Origin: Candidatus Poseidoniales archaeon | Lineage (GTDB): Archaea; Thermoplasmatota; Poseidoniia; Poseidoniales; Thalassarchaeaceae | Direction: 5' to 3' | Assembly: GCA_012959435.1 (NCBI GenBank) | Contig: DUDF01000074.1 | Span: 37,234-101,233 of the forward strand | DNA length: 64,000 bases | In this document: in pieces, positions 29,577-38,061 of the stretch | Layout of the letters: each line of letters begins with the position of its first letter | Numbering within the stretch: position 1 is the stretch's first letter | Notes under the pieces: generated by a model | What the model was told of the DNA's origin: nothing | The model's input: the letters and a program-made list of their open reading frames with translations, nothing else | Databases searched by the model: none | Made by a program: the position numbers and the translations under genes

Positions 29577-29656
29577 CCACCACTAATAGAATATAGTGGT
29601 ATGGCGTTAAATTGAATCAAAAAGGTGAAAAATGTCACATCTTATGCGATTTTGTA

Positions 29657-29729
29657 TGGGCCCGGGCGGATTTGAACCGCCGATATTCGCCTTGTAAAGG
29701 CGACGTCATAACCGCTAGACCACGAGCCC
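29657..29729 (-). tRNA. tRNA-Val (anticodon UAC), 73 nt, no encoded CCA
   Basis: Reverse complement is GGGCTCG-TG-GTCTAGCGGTTATGAC-G-TCGCC-TTTACAA-GGCGA-ATATC-GGCGG-TTCAAAT-CCGCC-CGGGCCC-A. Confidence 0.9.
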
Positions 29730-29753
29730 GACTAACAGGCCGAAGAACCACCC

Positions 29754-29762
29754 CATTATGAA
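29754..29762 (-). promoter_or_regulatory. Candidate TATA-like box (TTCATAATG on the minus strand) 25-33 nt upstream of the tRNA-Val 5' end
   Basis: The spacing is compatible with archaeal TATA-to-TSS geometry. The sequence match is weak. Confidence 0.3.
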
Positions 29763-29810
29763 CCGCGCGACCCCGTAGCCTTTTGTGTAAGGACTGTAGT
29801 GGCTTAGTAC

Positions 29811-30875
29811 GTGAGTGAGATATCAGACTTGTTGGCGCGGCTTGAAGCCGCTGATGTGCCAATGTCTCCTGCAATTCGTGATGCTATGCTTACAGTTGAT
29901 GTTGAGTCATTTAGTGACTATGACTCAACTCCATTCTACCATGACCGACCACTAGTTTTTACAGAAACTGATGAAGGAGGTATCAAAACAATTTCTGCAC
30001 CTCATATGATTTGCACCCTTTTACATCACTTGGAATTAGAAGAGGGTGATGAAGTTCTACTTTTGGGTGCTAAAGGAGGGTACTTGGCTGCATTAATTGG
30101 CCATATTGTAGGGGTCGACGGTGGAGTTACTGTTGTGGACCCAAACAGGCAGGTGATTGACCATGTGCGCAACCATCTCAGGGATTTTGATAGTGAGGCG
30201 ACTTTCCATACTCGTAAAATGAGGCAAATTAACCACACACCTCCTAACCTACCTTCTCCTTTGAATCGTGTATTGGTAACCGGATCACTTACCGAATTAC
30301 CATCTTGGGTGGGGAATAGAATTGCTGACGGGGGTTTCATAATCGCTCCACTTGGAGGTAGAATCGCTCAAAGACTAATCAAGAGAGAAAAGCAAGGTGA
30401 TTTGTTTGATACTGACTTAGGCGGTGTACTTTTTGGACCAGTGGACATATGTGAGACTGAGGTCGAATCAACAAATTCTAGGGAACTGGCAGGTCTGTTT
30501 GAGGATGCTTTGGAAATCGGAACAGAGTTAGGTGTTTTTGACACTGATGAGGCTAACTGTTTGCGGGTATTAGCGGCTGAGTTACGACAACTTCCTGAGA
30601 ACTTACCACCCGTAGCATTAGTTGCTGATGCTGATGATGACCCTTGGGGTGTTGATGATGAAGACCCGAATGATATTTTCATTCACTTCGATGAGTTAAC
30701 TGAAGAATTATCTGAGCACCCACTCTTTGACTTATTGGCAAACGCATCGGAATGGTTGACTCCTTTATGGCCTACCATGATGGCATTGTTAGAGACAAAG
30801 ATGCAACATCCTGGTGCCCCAGATGCGACGTTTGAGGACTTTGGATTTGGTCATCACGAAGATTTAATTCCGTGA
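29811..30875 (+). CDS. Protein-L-isoaspartate O-methyltransferase (PCMT)-like protein with a ~150-aa acidic C-terminal extension
   Basis: 'ISAPHMICTLLHHLELEEGDEVLLLGAKGGYLAALIGHIV' aligns with the PCMT pre-motif and motif I. GTG start. Confidence 0.6.
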   Translation: MSEISDLLARLEAADVPMSPAIRDAMLTVDVESFSDYDSTPFYHDRPLVFTETDEGGIKTISAPHMICTLLHHLELEEGDEVLLLGAKGGYLAALIGHIVGVDGGVTVVDPNRQVIDHVRNHLRDFDSEATFHTRKMRQINHTPPNLPSPLNRVLVTGSLTELPSWVGNRIADGGFIIAPLGGRIAQRLIKREKQGDLFDTDLGGVLFGPVDICETEVESTNSRELAGLFEDALEIGTELGVFDTDEANCLRVLAAELRQLPENLPPVALVADADDDPWGVDDEDPNDIFIHFDELTEELSEHPLFDLLANASEWLTPLWPTMMALLETKMQHPGAPDATFEDFGFGHHEDLIP

Positions 30876-30919
30876 AATCAAGCATCTTGAAAAGATGATT
30901 TTGCCATATTGATGCTGTT

Positions 30920-31327
30920 TTAATCATTCGATTTTGCTAGGCGTTCAAGAGATTCTGCGATTGGAGGACTATTCCAACTGGTAGTATGTCGACTTGTTTT
31001 TGGCGGGTATAATTCATCTGAAATAGACATCTGAACGATATCTTGTTTTGTTAGAGTTTCAAGCCCACAATTTGGCCAAGGCTCAACTGTGATCGAATCA
31101 TCTTCCAAATAATCAAAAAGAACAACAGGTAATCGAACTAGATTTAGAATATGACCAACAGCGTGACGGTGGTGTCCATCAAGTATGGAGCCACTCTCTC
31201 TATCGACTAGCAAAGGTTTGGTGTAACAACCCCATTTTTTGGTGATTTTAGCCAATTCTCGAACCTTTTTTGGTCGAGTTTCTTCGTGAGCCCTCAGCCA
31301 CTCAATAGCAACGAGTTCCACCTTCAT
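30920..31327 (-). CDS. ParB/sulfiredoxin-like nuclease-domain protein
   Basis: 'LRAHEE...PLLVDRESGSILDGHHRHAV' is a ParBc-type core. I prefer the ATG at 31327 (MKVELV...) because it avoids overlap with the divergent gene. Confidence 0.5.
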   Translation of the reverse strand: MKVELVAIEWLRAHEETRPKKVRELAKITKKWGCYTKPLLVDRESGSILDGHHRHAVGHILNLVRLPVVLFDYLEDDSITVEPWPNCGLETLTKQDIVQMSISDELYPPKTSRHTTSWNSPPIAESLERLAKSND

Positions 31328-31378
31328 AGCCTTGACTCGCCATTCCCCTTGAAAGCAATTGCCGCCCCCCGCCACTTT

Positions 31379-32704
31379 GTGGAGCCATTCGCGAGAGTCA
31401 AGTCGTTGCCCAAAGGGGCACTTGGAGATATCAAGGGTAGAGGCTTGCCTATACAGTTAGAATCTTGGATTGAATCACTTCCCATTGACCTTCTTAAAAT
31501 CGTTTCAATTTTTGCTGAAAACAATGCAGGGATATGGGTGGTAGGTGGTAGTATTAGACAAGGTTTGAGCGGAGTAACACCTAACGATTATGATTTGGCA
31601 ACTGATATGAAACCTAAGCAGGTGTTGAAATGCTTTCCTAAATCAATTGAGACAGGGGTGGAGTATGGTACGGTTACTGTCCGCCTAAAAGCTGGGGGCG
31701 ATATGTTTGAGGTAACAACTCTGAGGTGCGACCAAGAATATCTTGATGGCAGGAGGCCTGAATCTGTTGACTTTGGGACATCACTTGCTGAGGATTTAGA
31801 AAGGCGTGATTTGACAATTAATGCCATGGCCATTGACCTTGCAAGACAAGAGTTGTATGACCCATATAATGGGCTAGATGACTTGCAAAGTGGAGTGCTT
31901 AGGGCAGTAGGTGAGGCTACACTTAGGCTGGAGGAAGATGGACTTCGTGTAATGCGTGTATATCGATTCATGGACCAAGGAGATGGTGGGTTGTGGCATC
32001 CTGATGAGATGCTTTCCGCGGCACTTATTGAGTGCCGCAAAATGTTGGTAAATGTCAGTTTAGAGCGGGTTTGGCAGGAATTAAGACGGATTTTGTCCGG
32101 TTTTCATGCTGCAGATGTTTTGGCAAGAATGGACTCGGATGGAGTCCTAAAAATAATTTTCAATGGCCAATCATTTGATTTGAATGGCCAATCTTCCCTT
32201 CAGAGAATTTCAGATAATTCAGTGATTGAGTCTCGATTGGCAATGATGTTTCGCGGTGATAATCCAGCCAACCTGCTGAAGCATTTGACTATGCCTAAAT
32301 CGGTAATTAACCGTGTTAGTGAGTTGAGAAGGTCCATCGGTAATTTGCCGAATGAAAATGATGTGGCACAACTACGTGTTTACCGAGCAGTTCTTGGCGC
32401 AGGGCTTGATGCTCAACTTGCTTGTGAACTTGCTCTTGATACTAAAGATGCTAAAAATATCCAAGCAGCTCTAAATCAACTTCCAGAAAATGACGCTAAG
32501 GATGTTGCCTTGGCGGATGGTCACTGGATTGTAGATAAAACTGGAATTAAACCAGGGATCAGGCTTGGTCGACTGAAAGATTATCTTCACCGCTTACAAG
32601 TAGAAAATAATGTCTCCTCTCTTGATGAATTACACTCTATGCTCAATGATATTGACTGGGAAGAAAGTGACCCAAGTGATTGGCCACAATTGAGATGGCC
32701 GTAA
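31379..32704 (+). CDS. cca: Class II (bacterial/eukaryotic-type) tRNA nucleotidyltransferase / CCA-adding enzyme family protein
   Basis: 'VVGGSIRQGL...NDYDLAT', 'EVTTLRCDQEYLDGRRPESVDF', 'DLERRDLTINAMA', 'LEEDGLRVMRVYRF' (EDxxR motif). Start placed at GTG 31379; the ORF-track start at 31286 overlaps the divergent gene. Confidence 0.7.
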   Translation: MEPFARVKSLPKGALGDIKGRGLPIQLESWIESLPIDLLKIVSIFAENNAGIWVVGGSIRQGLSGVTPNDYDLATDMKPKQVLKCFPKSIETGVEYGTVTVRLKAGGDMFEVTTLRCDQEYLDGRRPESVDFGTSLAEDLERRDLTINAMAIDLARQELYDPYNGLDDLQSGVLRAVGEATLRLEEDGLRVMRVYRFMDQGDGGLWHPDEMLSAALIECRKMLVNVSLERVWQELRRILSGFHAADVLARMDSDGVLKIIFNGQSFDLNGQSSLQRISDNSVIESRLAMMFRGDNPANLLKHLTMPKSVINRVSELRRSIGNLPNENDVAQLRVYRAVLGAGLDAQLACELALDTKDAKNIQAALNQLPENDAKDVALADGHWIVDKTGIKPGIRLGRLKDYLHRLQVENNVSSLDELHSMLNDIDWEESDPSDWPQLRWP

Positions 32705-32747
32705 TTACAGAAAGCCTTAGGCTAGTTCTGCTTGAATTTACTAACAT

Positions 32748-33959
32748 TCATTTTAGATTTCGAGCAATTACCAATCTCTGAACTTCTTGAGTCCCTTCAT
32801 AAATCTGGGTGATTTTTGCGTCCCGGAAGAATCTCTCTACGGGGAATTCGGTGACATATCCGTATCCACCGTGAATTTGTACTGCCCGTTCAGCAACCCA
32901 CATTGCGGTGTCCCCTGCGAACAGTTTTGCCATGCTTGCTTCATTGGTATGTCGAGGTGCTCCTTCTTCGTAATGCAATTGTTTTGCATGGGCGGCCCGG
33001 TATACTAAGAGACGGGATGCATCGATGCGTGTTGCCATATCTGCGAGGTATGAGGTAATCATTTGGTGGGCTGCTAAAGGCTTCCCAAAAGTCTCTCTTT
33101 CGTGAGCATATTTCAGTGATGCCTCAAACGCTCCTTGCGATATTCCTAGTGCTTGTGCGGCGATGCCAATGCGTGAGTTATCCAAAGCATTCATGGCAAT
33201 TGAGAAACCTTTGCCAACCTCTCCAAGTACATTTTCCACTGGTATTTTACAGTCTTCAAGGACTAGCGTACATGTGTCACTGCTACGGATTCCTAGTTTG
33301 TCTTCTTTCTTACCGACGGTGAATCCATCAAACGTTTTTTCGACGATAAAAGCAGTCGTTCCACCATGCTTCTTAACACCATATTCGGGGTGCTCAACTA
33401 CTTTTGCAAAGAGAACATAAATGTCTGCTGATGCACCATTTGTGACCCACATTTTCATTCCGTTCAGAACGTAATGGGAACCATCTGGTGACAACTCTGC
33501 TTTGCATGAAAGGGCTCCTGCATCAGTACCAGCCCCGGCTTCTGATAGTGAATATGCACCTACCTTATCAGTCGCTAGTTGAGTCAAATATTTTTGTTTC
33601 TGCTCATCCGTTCCATGTAGTGTAATGGTCTTGGAACAAAGTCCAACATGGACGCAGTAAAATACTGAGAACGAGGCATCAACACGAGCTAATTCTTCAA
33701 TGATAATCGCTTCACTGATATCATCTACTGGCATGCCGCCGTATTCCTCCGCAATGGTAATCCCCTGTAGGCCAGTTTCTTGACAAAATGTCTGCCATTC
33801 TTCTGTAGGTGGGATTTGTTCCTTGTCTCTTTGTGCAATGGTTGGGGGGAGTACTGACTCGGCGAAATCTCTCACCATGGCTCGAATCATGCTTTGTTCA
33901 TCACTTTCTCTAAAGTCCACCTGTTTCACCTGTAGTAACGGCACCCGCCCCCTATTCAT
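32748..33959 (-). CDS. Acyl-CoA dehydrogenase (short/branched-chain type)
   Basis: 'YSLSEAGAGTDAGAL', 'WVTNG', 'QIHGGYGYVTEFPVERFFRDAKITQIYEGTQEVQRLVIAR'. Confidence 0.85.
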   Translation of the reverse strand: MNRGRVPLLQVKQVDFRESDEQSMIRAMVRDFAESVLPPTIAQRDKEQIPPTEEWQTFCQETGLQGITIAEEYGGMPVDDISEAIIIEELARVDASFSVFYCVHVGLCSKTITLHGTDEQKQKYLTQLATDKVGAYSLSEAGAGTDAGALSCKAELSPDGSHYVLNGMKMWVTNGASADIYVLFAKVVEHPEYGVKKHGGTTAFIVEKTFDGFTVGKKEDKLGIRSSDTCTLVLEDCKIPVENVLGEVGKGFSIAMNALDNSRIGIAAQALGISQGAFEASLKYAHERETFGKPLAAHQMITSYLADMATRIDASRLLVYRAAHAKQLHYEEGAPRHTNEASMAKLFAGDTAMWVAERAVQIHGGYGYVTEFPVERFFRDAKITQIYEGTQEVQRLVIARNLK

Positions 33960-34057
33960 AACGGGTCGCTATGATGTATTGAGGGTGAAATTTTGGCATT
34001 GTAACTCAAATCATTAAATATGAGGCAAAAGTCGGCGCGGCAAAAGGGGTATTATTC

Positions 34058-34567
34058 ATGACAGAAGAGGACGAGTTTATAGAATTCAAGATTATTGATG
34101 ACAGAAAGTATTCAAAAGGGCACCTTTGGTATCAAAAGTTAGATTCTGACGATGAAGTTGGCGATTTATACAAGATAGGGATTACTGATTTCCTGCAGGC
34201 AGAACTTGGGGATATGATTAGAGTAGTTCTTGCCCAGCAATCAAATGTTGATGAGTATGACGAATTTAATGATGATGGCGAGTCAGATCAGATTGGGACT
34301 GGCGCCAAAGATGCTGGTGCAAGTGGCCACGAAGTTTTGGAAGAGGAAACCCTAGCAACACTTAGAACATCAAATGGTAGACACGTGATATATGCTCCAG
34401 TTGCTTGCCATGTCATAGAATTAAATGGTGAAGTTGAGGATAGTCCTGAATTAGTCAATGAAGACCCGTATGGTGATGGTTGGTTAATGAATATCCGGCC
34501 TGATGAGTTGGATGAAGAAGACCTTCTTACTCCAGACGAGTATCTTGAGTATCTATATGAAGTCTGA
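34058..34567 (+). CDS. Glycine-cleavage H-protein-like (GcvH fold) protein lacking the lipoyl-lysine
   Basis: 'YSKGHLWY...YKIGITDFLQAELGDM' and 'IYAPVACHVIELNGEVEDSPELVNEDPYGDGWLMNI' match GcvH. The 'ESVKA' position reads 'RTSNG'. Confidence 0.65.
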   Translation: MTEEDEFIEFKIIDDRKYSKGHLWYQKLDSDDEVGDLYKIGITDFLQAELGDMIRVVLAQQSNVDEYDEFNDDGESDQIGTGAKDAGASGHEVLEEETLATLRTSNGRHVIYAPVACHVIELNGEVEDSPELVNEDPYGDGWLMNIRPDELDEEDLLTPDEYLEYLYEV

Positions 34568-34610
34568 TTTCGATTAACGAAATCGGATATCTTGGGTACA
34601 ATTGACTAAG

Positions 34611-36203
34611 TTAAGCGACCCAGCGGTATGTTCGGGCCCCTTCATAGGCTCCCTCTGACTGAATTTCAACAAGAGCAAATTCACCTTTCGGTTCGACAAC
34701 AGAAATTTCACGAAGCCCTTTGTGTAGTTCTTCGTAAGTAGATTTGTCAATGGCGATTCGTCCAGCCATTCTTTCAAACATGTTCCAGCGGGATACAATC
34801 TCTCGCCATTGTGGTGAAACTTTTCCTTCAAACACCTTTGCTTTGGCTCCTGAACCATAACCACACAACCCGAAATAATTATTCTCAATGTTTTCATTAT
34901 CTTCATAATCAGACTCAAAAGTCGACATTATGGCTAGGAATATAGAGCCAGTGTATTGGTTTCCAATTAGGCTTGAAGCACGTTGAGCCTTCTCAATTCT
35001 AATATTTTGGAATTCTTGGTATTGGGTAGTTTTTGCAATTGCTCTACGGTACAAGTCCTGGGCTCTATCCCATTCAATTTCGCCATCAGGAGTGTCATCA
35101 AACTCTGCTCGGTCTGGTTCTTCACCAATCTCAGCAATGACTTCCTTCCACATTGGTTCATTTCTGCGGTCGTGACGGAATACATCTGGGAACATCCTCT
35201 TTGCTTGGAAAGCATAAGGTAGATGCATGATGATCCGAATCCATTGTTCTGTTAGAATATCATCGGTTTTAGCATTATATCGGCCACTCTTCACTGCTTT
35301 GCGCTGGAAGTTTAAGAAAGCAGTTTTCACGGCTTCTTGGTAGCAGCGGTTGGAAAATTGCCCATCAAATACTGGCTCATCACGGTGAACCTGTATTTTT
35401 TCTTCGCCGTGGGAAAAGATACCCAGTCGGCGAACGGTTGATTTTGGAAGATGTTTGATCATTCGCTCTGCGACTCCTTCTTTGAGTGTCTCTCCGGTTT
35501 CCCTAGCGAGTTGAACCACATGGGTAATGATTGAGGTGAGAGATACTTCACGGCGTGGCTTGAAGAAGTCGTGGACAGGAGTTGTTGAGATTCCCCATGT
35601 GTCTGGGATAGCAATAAGGCGTGGATTGTGACGCACAAGAATAGCGCCTCCCCCTGCTCCTTGTGTATACTCTCCACTTGACTCAAGGTCATACTTCGCA
35701 TTGTCTGAGAAGACAACTACGCCTACTCTTCCTTCATCTGAGCCACCTCGGGCGACCCAATCAAGTGTATTGTGAAGTGCATCAACTGCGCCGATGCAAG
35801 CGAATGTCATGTCAACAACATCACAGTTACGGAAGCAATCTTCACCGTATTGTTTTGAATATCGTTGGGTTAGCATATCCAAGATGTAGGTTGCAGTTGG
35901 TTTTGCACCATCTAAAGCCGATTCTGTACCTAAATACATTCTTCCAATGTCATTAGGGTCTAATCCGTTACGGTCTATCAGTCGAGTGACTGCATTTGCA
36001 CCCATAGTAGCAGTATCTTCGTGAATGTCTGGGACAGACATCGCTGAGAGGCCTAAACCACGATTGAGTTTCCCGTAATCCGCACCTCTCAGTTCCGCAA
36101 AATCCTTCATATCGAAGTAAATCTTTGGGAAATGGATTGCGATATCATCGATTCCAACATTTATCATGTTAACCACTAGTCCAATTCCGCTGGCACTTTG
36201 CAT
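34611..36203 (-). CDS. Hydroxymethylglutaryl-CoA synthase, long (bacterial/eukaryote-like) form
   Basis: 'VGIDDIAIHFP...VDMKDFAELRG', 'EDTATMGANA', 'GTESALDGAKP', catalytic-Cys context 'DMTFACIGAVDAL', 'HLPYAFQ', 'GNQYTGSIFLAIMS'. An alternative start is the ATG at 36167. Confidence 0.75.
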   Translation of the reverse strand: MQSASGIGLVVNMINVGIDDIAIHFPKIYFDMKDFAELRGADYGKLNRGLGLSAMSVPDIHEDTATMGANAVTRLIDRNGLDPNDIGRMYLGTESALDGAKPTATYILDMLTQRYSKQYGEDCFRNCDVVDMTFACIGAVDALHNTLDWVARGGSDEGRVGVVVFSDNAKYDLESSGEYTQGAGGGAILVRHNPRLIAIPDTWGISTTPVHDFFKPRREVSLTSIITHVVQLARETGETLKEGVAERMIKHLPKSTVRRLGIFSHGEEKIQVHRDEPVFDGQFSNRCYQEAVKTAFLNFQRKAVKSGRYNAKTDDILTEQWIRIIMHLPYAFQAKRMFPDVFRHDRRNEPMWKEVIAEIGEEPDRAEFDDTPDGEIEWDRAQDLYRRAIAKTTQYQEFQNIRIEKAQRASSLIGNQYTGSIFLAIMSTFESDYEDNENIENNYFGLCGYGSGAKAKVFEGKVSPQWREIVSRWNMFERMAGRIAIDKSTYEELHKGLREISVVEPKGEFALVEIQSEGAYEGARTYRWVA

Positions 36204-36277
36204 TAGAACCCTCTCCCAACATCAATATGCATGGTGGCGGAATGGGTAGTAAAATGGAAATCCTAGGTGTTGAAAGT

Positions 36278-37426
36278 TCAATTCCCAGTGATAGCATTGA
36301 TTTCATCAAGAAGTTCTGGTTTATTATCAAAATGAGCGGTTAATGAGGCTAAAGTTTCTGATAATCCGTCGGCCACCCCGAACTTGAAGTCTAAGGGGTG
36401 AACATCCCCGCTTGCCAAGGCGGCCTTTAGTAAGTCTAAGTTATTCCATGTGGTAGGCTCTCCGTATTCCGGTTTTGGTGTGATGGTTAAGGTTCCTAAC
36501 TCAGGGAAAATAATGTGTTCCACCAACTCGTAAACGGGTGAATTGTCATCTTGTGGGTCAAGGTAAGCCTTGCGCATTTTCTTGCGCATTTTCTTGGCAT
36601 TGTCATGTAGCAAGATCGCTCCGGACGGGTCGGATTTACTCATCTTCGAATCCGAGCCTCCTGCGCTGATGCCACCAGCCTTTTCGATGACTGCAGTTTC
36701 CATTCTAGTTCCCGCTTTTAGGCTGGATATAATCGGTGTGTGCACACAGGTTGCTTTCAACCAATTATGACGGTCAGCAACGCGTCGCATGTACATGTGT
36801 GCTTTGCGTTGGTCCATACCTCCAACAGCAATGTCAATCTGTAATTCAAATATGTCAGCTGCTTGCATTGCTGGATAGAAGAATTTTGACAAGTCGCCAT
36901 CAGATGAATCTTCGTCTCTTCCCATTATACTGAAGGTGCGGCGTACACGGTCTAAACTCATGTTTTTGGAACATTTTAGCACTCGAGCCCAGTAATCACC
37001 TGAATCCATTAATTCACTAGCATAGAGAAACCGAATTTGGCCTGCTCCTTCACCCTCTTCTGGGTGTCCAAGTAGTGCCCTGAACACCTCTTCCATGTAA
37101 CGACCTGTTGTCTGGATTTTGTCCATATCGCCGCCAAATTTGTCATTCACCCAGGCGTGCCAATCGGCAAGGAAGATTAGTACGTTTACATCAGCATCAA
37201 GCAGGCGCCTAAGGGCTTGTGAAATCACTTTCCAGCCGATATGTGCTTTTCCCGATGGCTCAAATCCAACATAGGCTCTGATAATACCATCACCTGCATG
37301 TGAAGTTGAATTACTCAGGCAATCAACTAGGTGATTTACACCAACTACTTCATCAGCGTCGGTGAACATGGCTAAGACTTTCTCTTTGTGTTCTGCTGAG
37401 AGCGTAGAGAGGTCTTCGTCTTCCAT
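36278..37426 (-). CDS. tyrS: Tyrosine--tRNA ligase, archaeal type
   Basis: 'YVGFEPSGKAHIGW' (HIGH region), 'LADWHAWVN', 'YPAMQAADI...IDIAVGGMDQRKAHM', 'SKMSKS'. Confidence 0.85.
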   Translation of the reverse strand: MEDEDLSTLSAEHKEKVLAMFTDADEVVGVNHLVDCLSNSTSHAGDGIIRAYVGFEPSGKAHIGWKVISQALRRLLDADVNVLIFLADWHAWVNDKFGGDMDKIQTTGRYMEEVFRALLGHPEEGEGAGQIRFLYASELMDSGDYWARVLKCSKNMSLDRVRRTFSIMGRDEDSSDGDLSKFFYPAMQAADIFELQIDIAVGGMDQRKAHMYMRRVADRHNWLKATCVHTPIISSLKAGTRMETAVIEKAGGISAGGSDSKMSKSDPSGAILLHDNAKKMRKKMRKAYLDPQDDNSPVYELVEHIIFPELGTLTITPKPEYGEPTTWNNLDLLKAALASGDVHPLDFKFGVADGLSETLASLTAHFDNKPELLDEINAITGN

Positions 37427-37437
37427 TTTTTTTCACC

Positions 37438-38013
37438 TTAGAACATTTTCCCTAGTTTTTCACCACGGCTTGCTGCACGGGTAAAGTCGCCCCTGTCTAG
37501 GCATTCTTGAATCTCAGTGATTAATTCTTCAGCTAAAGCTGACTTTTCTTCACTCACATCTGACAGTTTCATGAAATGACGCGCTTGTGAAACAGCAGAT
37601 TTCGCCTTAGATGCTTTCTTGGCGGATTCTTTCGCTTTGTCTCCGCGTTGTTTTGGTGAGTATCCAGTTGCAGAATCAAGGAACTCCGACCATCGTCGGC
37701 GTGAATCCATTGCTTTCTCCCGACCGCCATCAGCCGAAAGGAATTCTTCTAGGTCACCACCTTTCATCTGTTCAACATCGGTTACTAATTGTCCTTTAGC
37801 ATTGTAATGGGCATTGACTTTTATCAAGATTCCAAAATTTCCTTCAAAACCATCGTCATTAGATGCTTTCACATCGTCAAAATATTTGCCTGCAAGGGCC
37901 CCCAGTCCTCCGTCTCCTAATACACTCTTAGCCATCCCGCGCTTAACCTCAAAGGTCTCCATGAACGGGTCCGAGAGGCTCATGTGGTTCAAACTTATTC
38001 TATCAAACACCAT
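37438..38013 (-). CDS. Hypothetical protein, co-directional with and 11 nt upstream of tyrS
   Basis: The ORF has coding-like composition and a Lys-rich middle section ('GDKAKESAKKASKAKSAV'). I recognise no motif. Start is uncertain. Confidence 0.4.
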   Translation of the reverse strand: MVFDRISLNHMSLSDPFMETFEVKRGMAKSVLGDGGLGALAGKYFDDVKASNDDGFEGNFGILIKVNAHYNAKGQLVTDVEQMKGGDLEEFLSADGGREKAMDSRRRWSEFLDSATGYSPKQRGDKAKESAKKASKAKSAVSQARHFMKLSDVSEEKSALAEELITEIQECLDRGDFTRAASRGEKLGKMF

Positions 38014-38061
38014 TCTTAATCATCCGTGAAGGATAAATCACCGGTGCCGGTGGGCTTGTTC

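Noticed and set aside
792-29729. The idea that the surface-protein block is a tRNA-flanked genomic island, bounded by tRNA-Glu at 792 and tRNA-Val at 29657.
   Set aside because: I found no integrase, recombinase or transposase, and no duplicated tRNA 3' segment (att-like direct repeat). The interval also contains core genes (nob1, tatA, PolD small subunit).
31286-31378. N-terminal extensions offered by the ORF track for cca (31286). The same applies to cinA (to 29543), the ParB-like gene (to 31375), etfB (40606), DRG (to 59460), pdxT (to 63777) and the beta-propeller gene (38026).
   Set aside because: The extensions overlap divergent neighbours or add non-conserved leader residues ahead of the point where family homology, or a signal peptide, begins. 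Internal ATG/GTG starts fit better. These start calls remain unverified.
34574-34918. 114-aa minus-strand ORF overlapping the 3' end of the HMG-CoA synthase gene in another frame.
   Set aside because: The HMGCS frame carries the conserved C-terminal motifs. The alternative frame has none.
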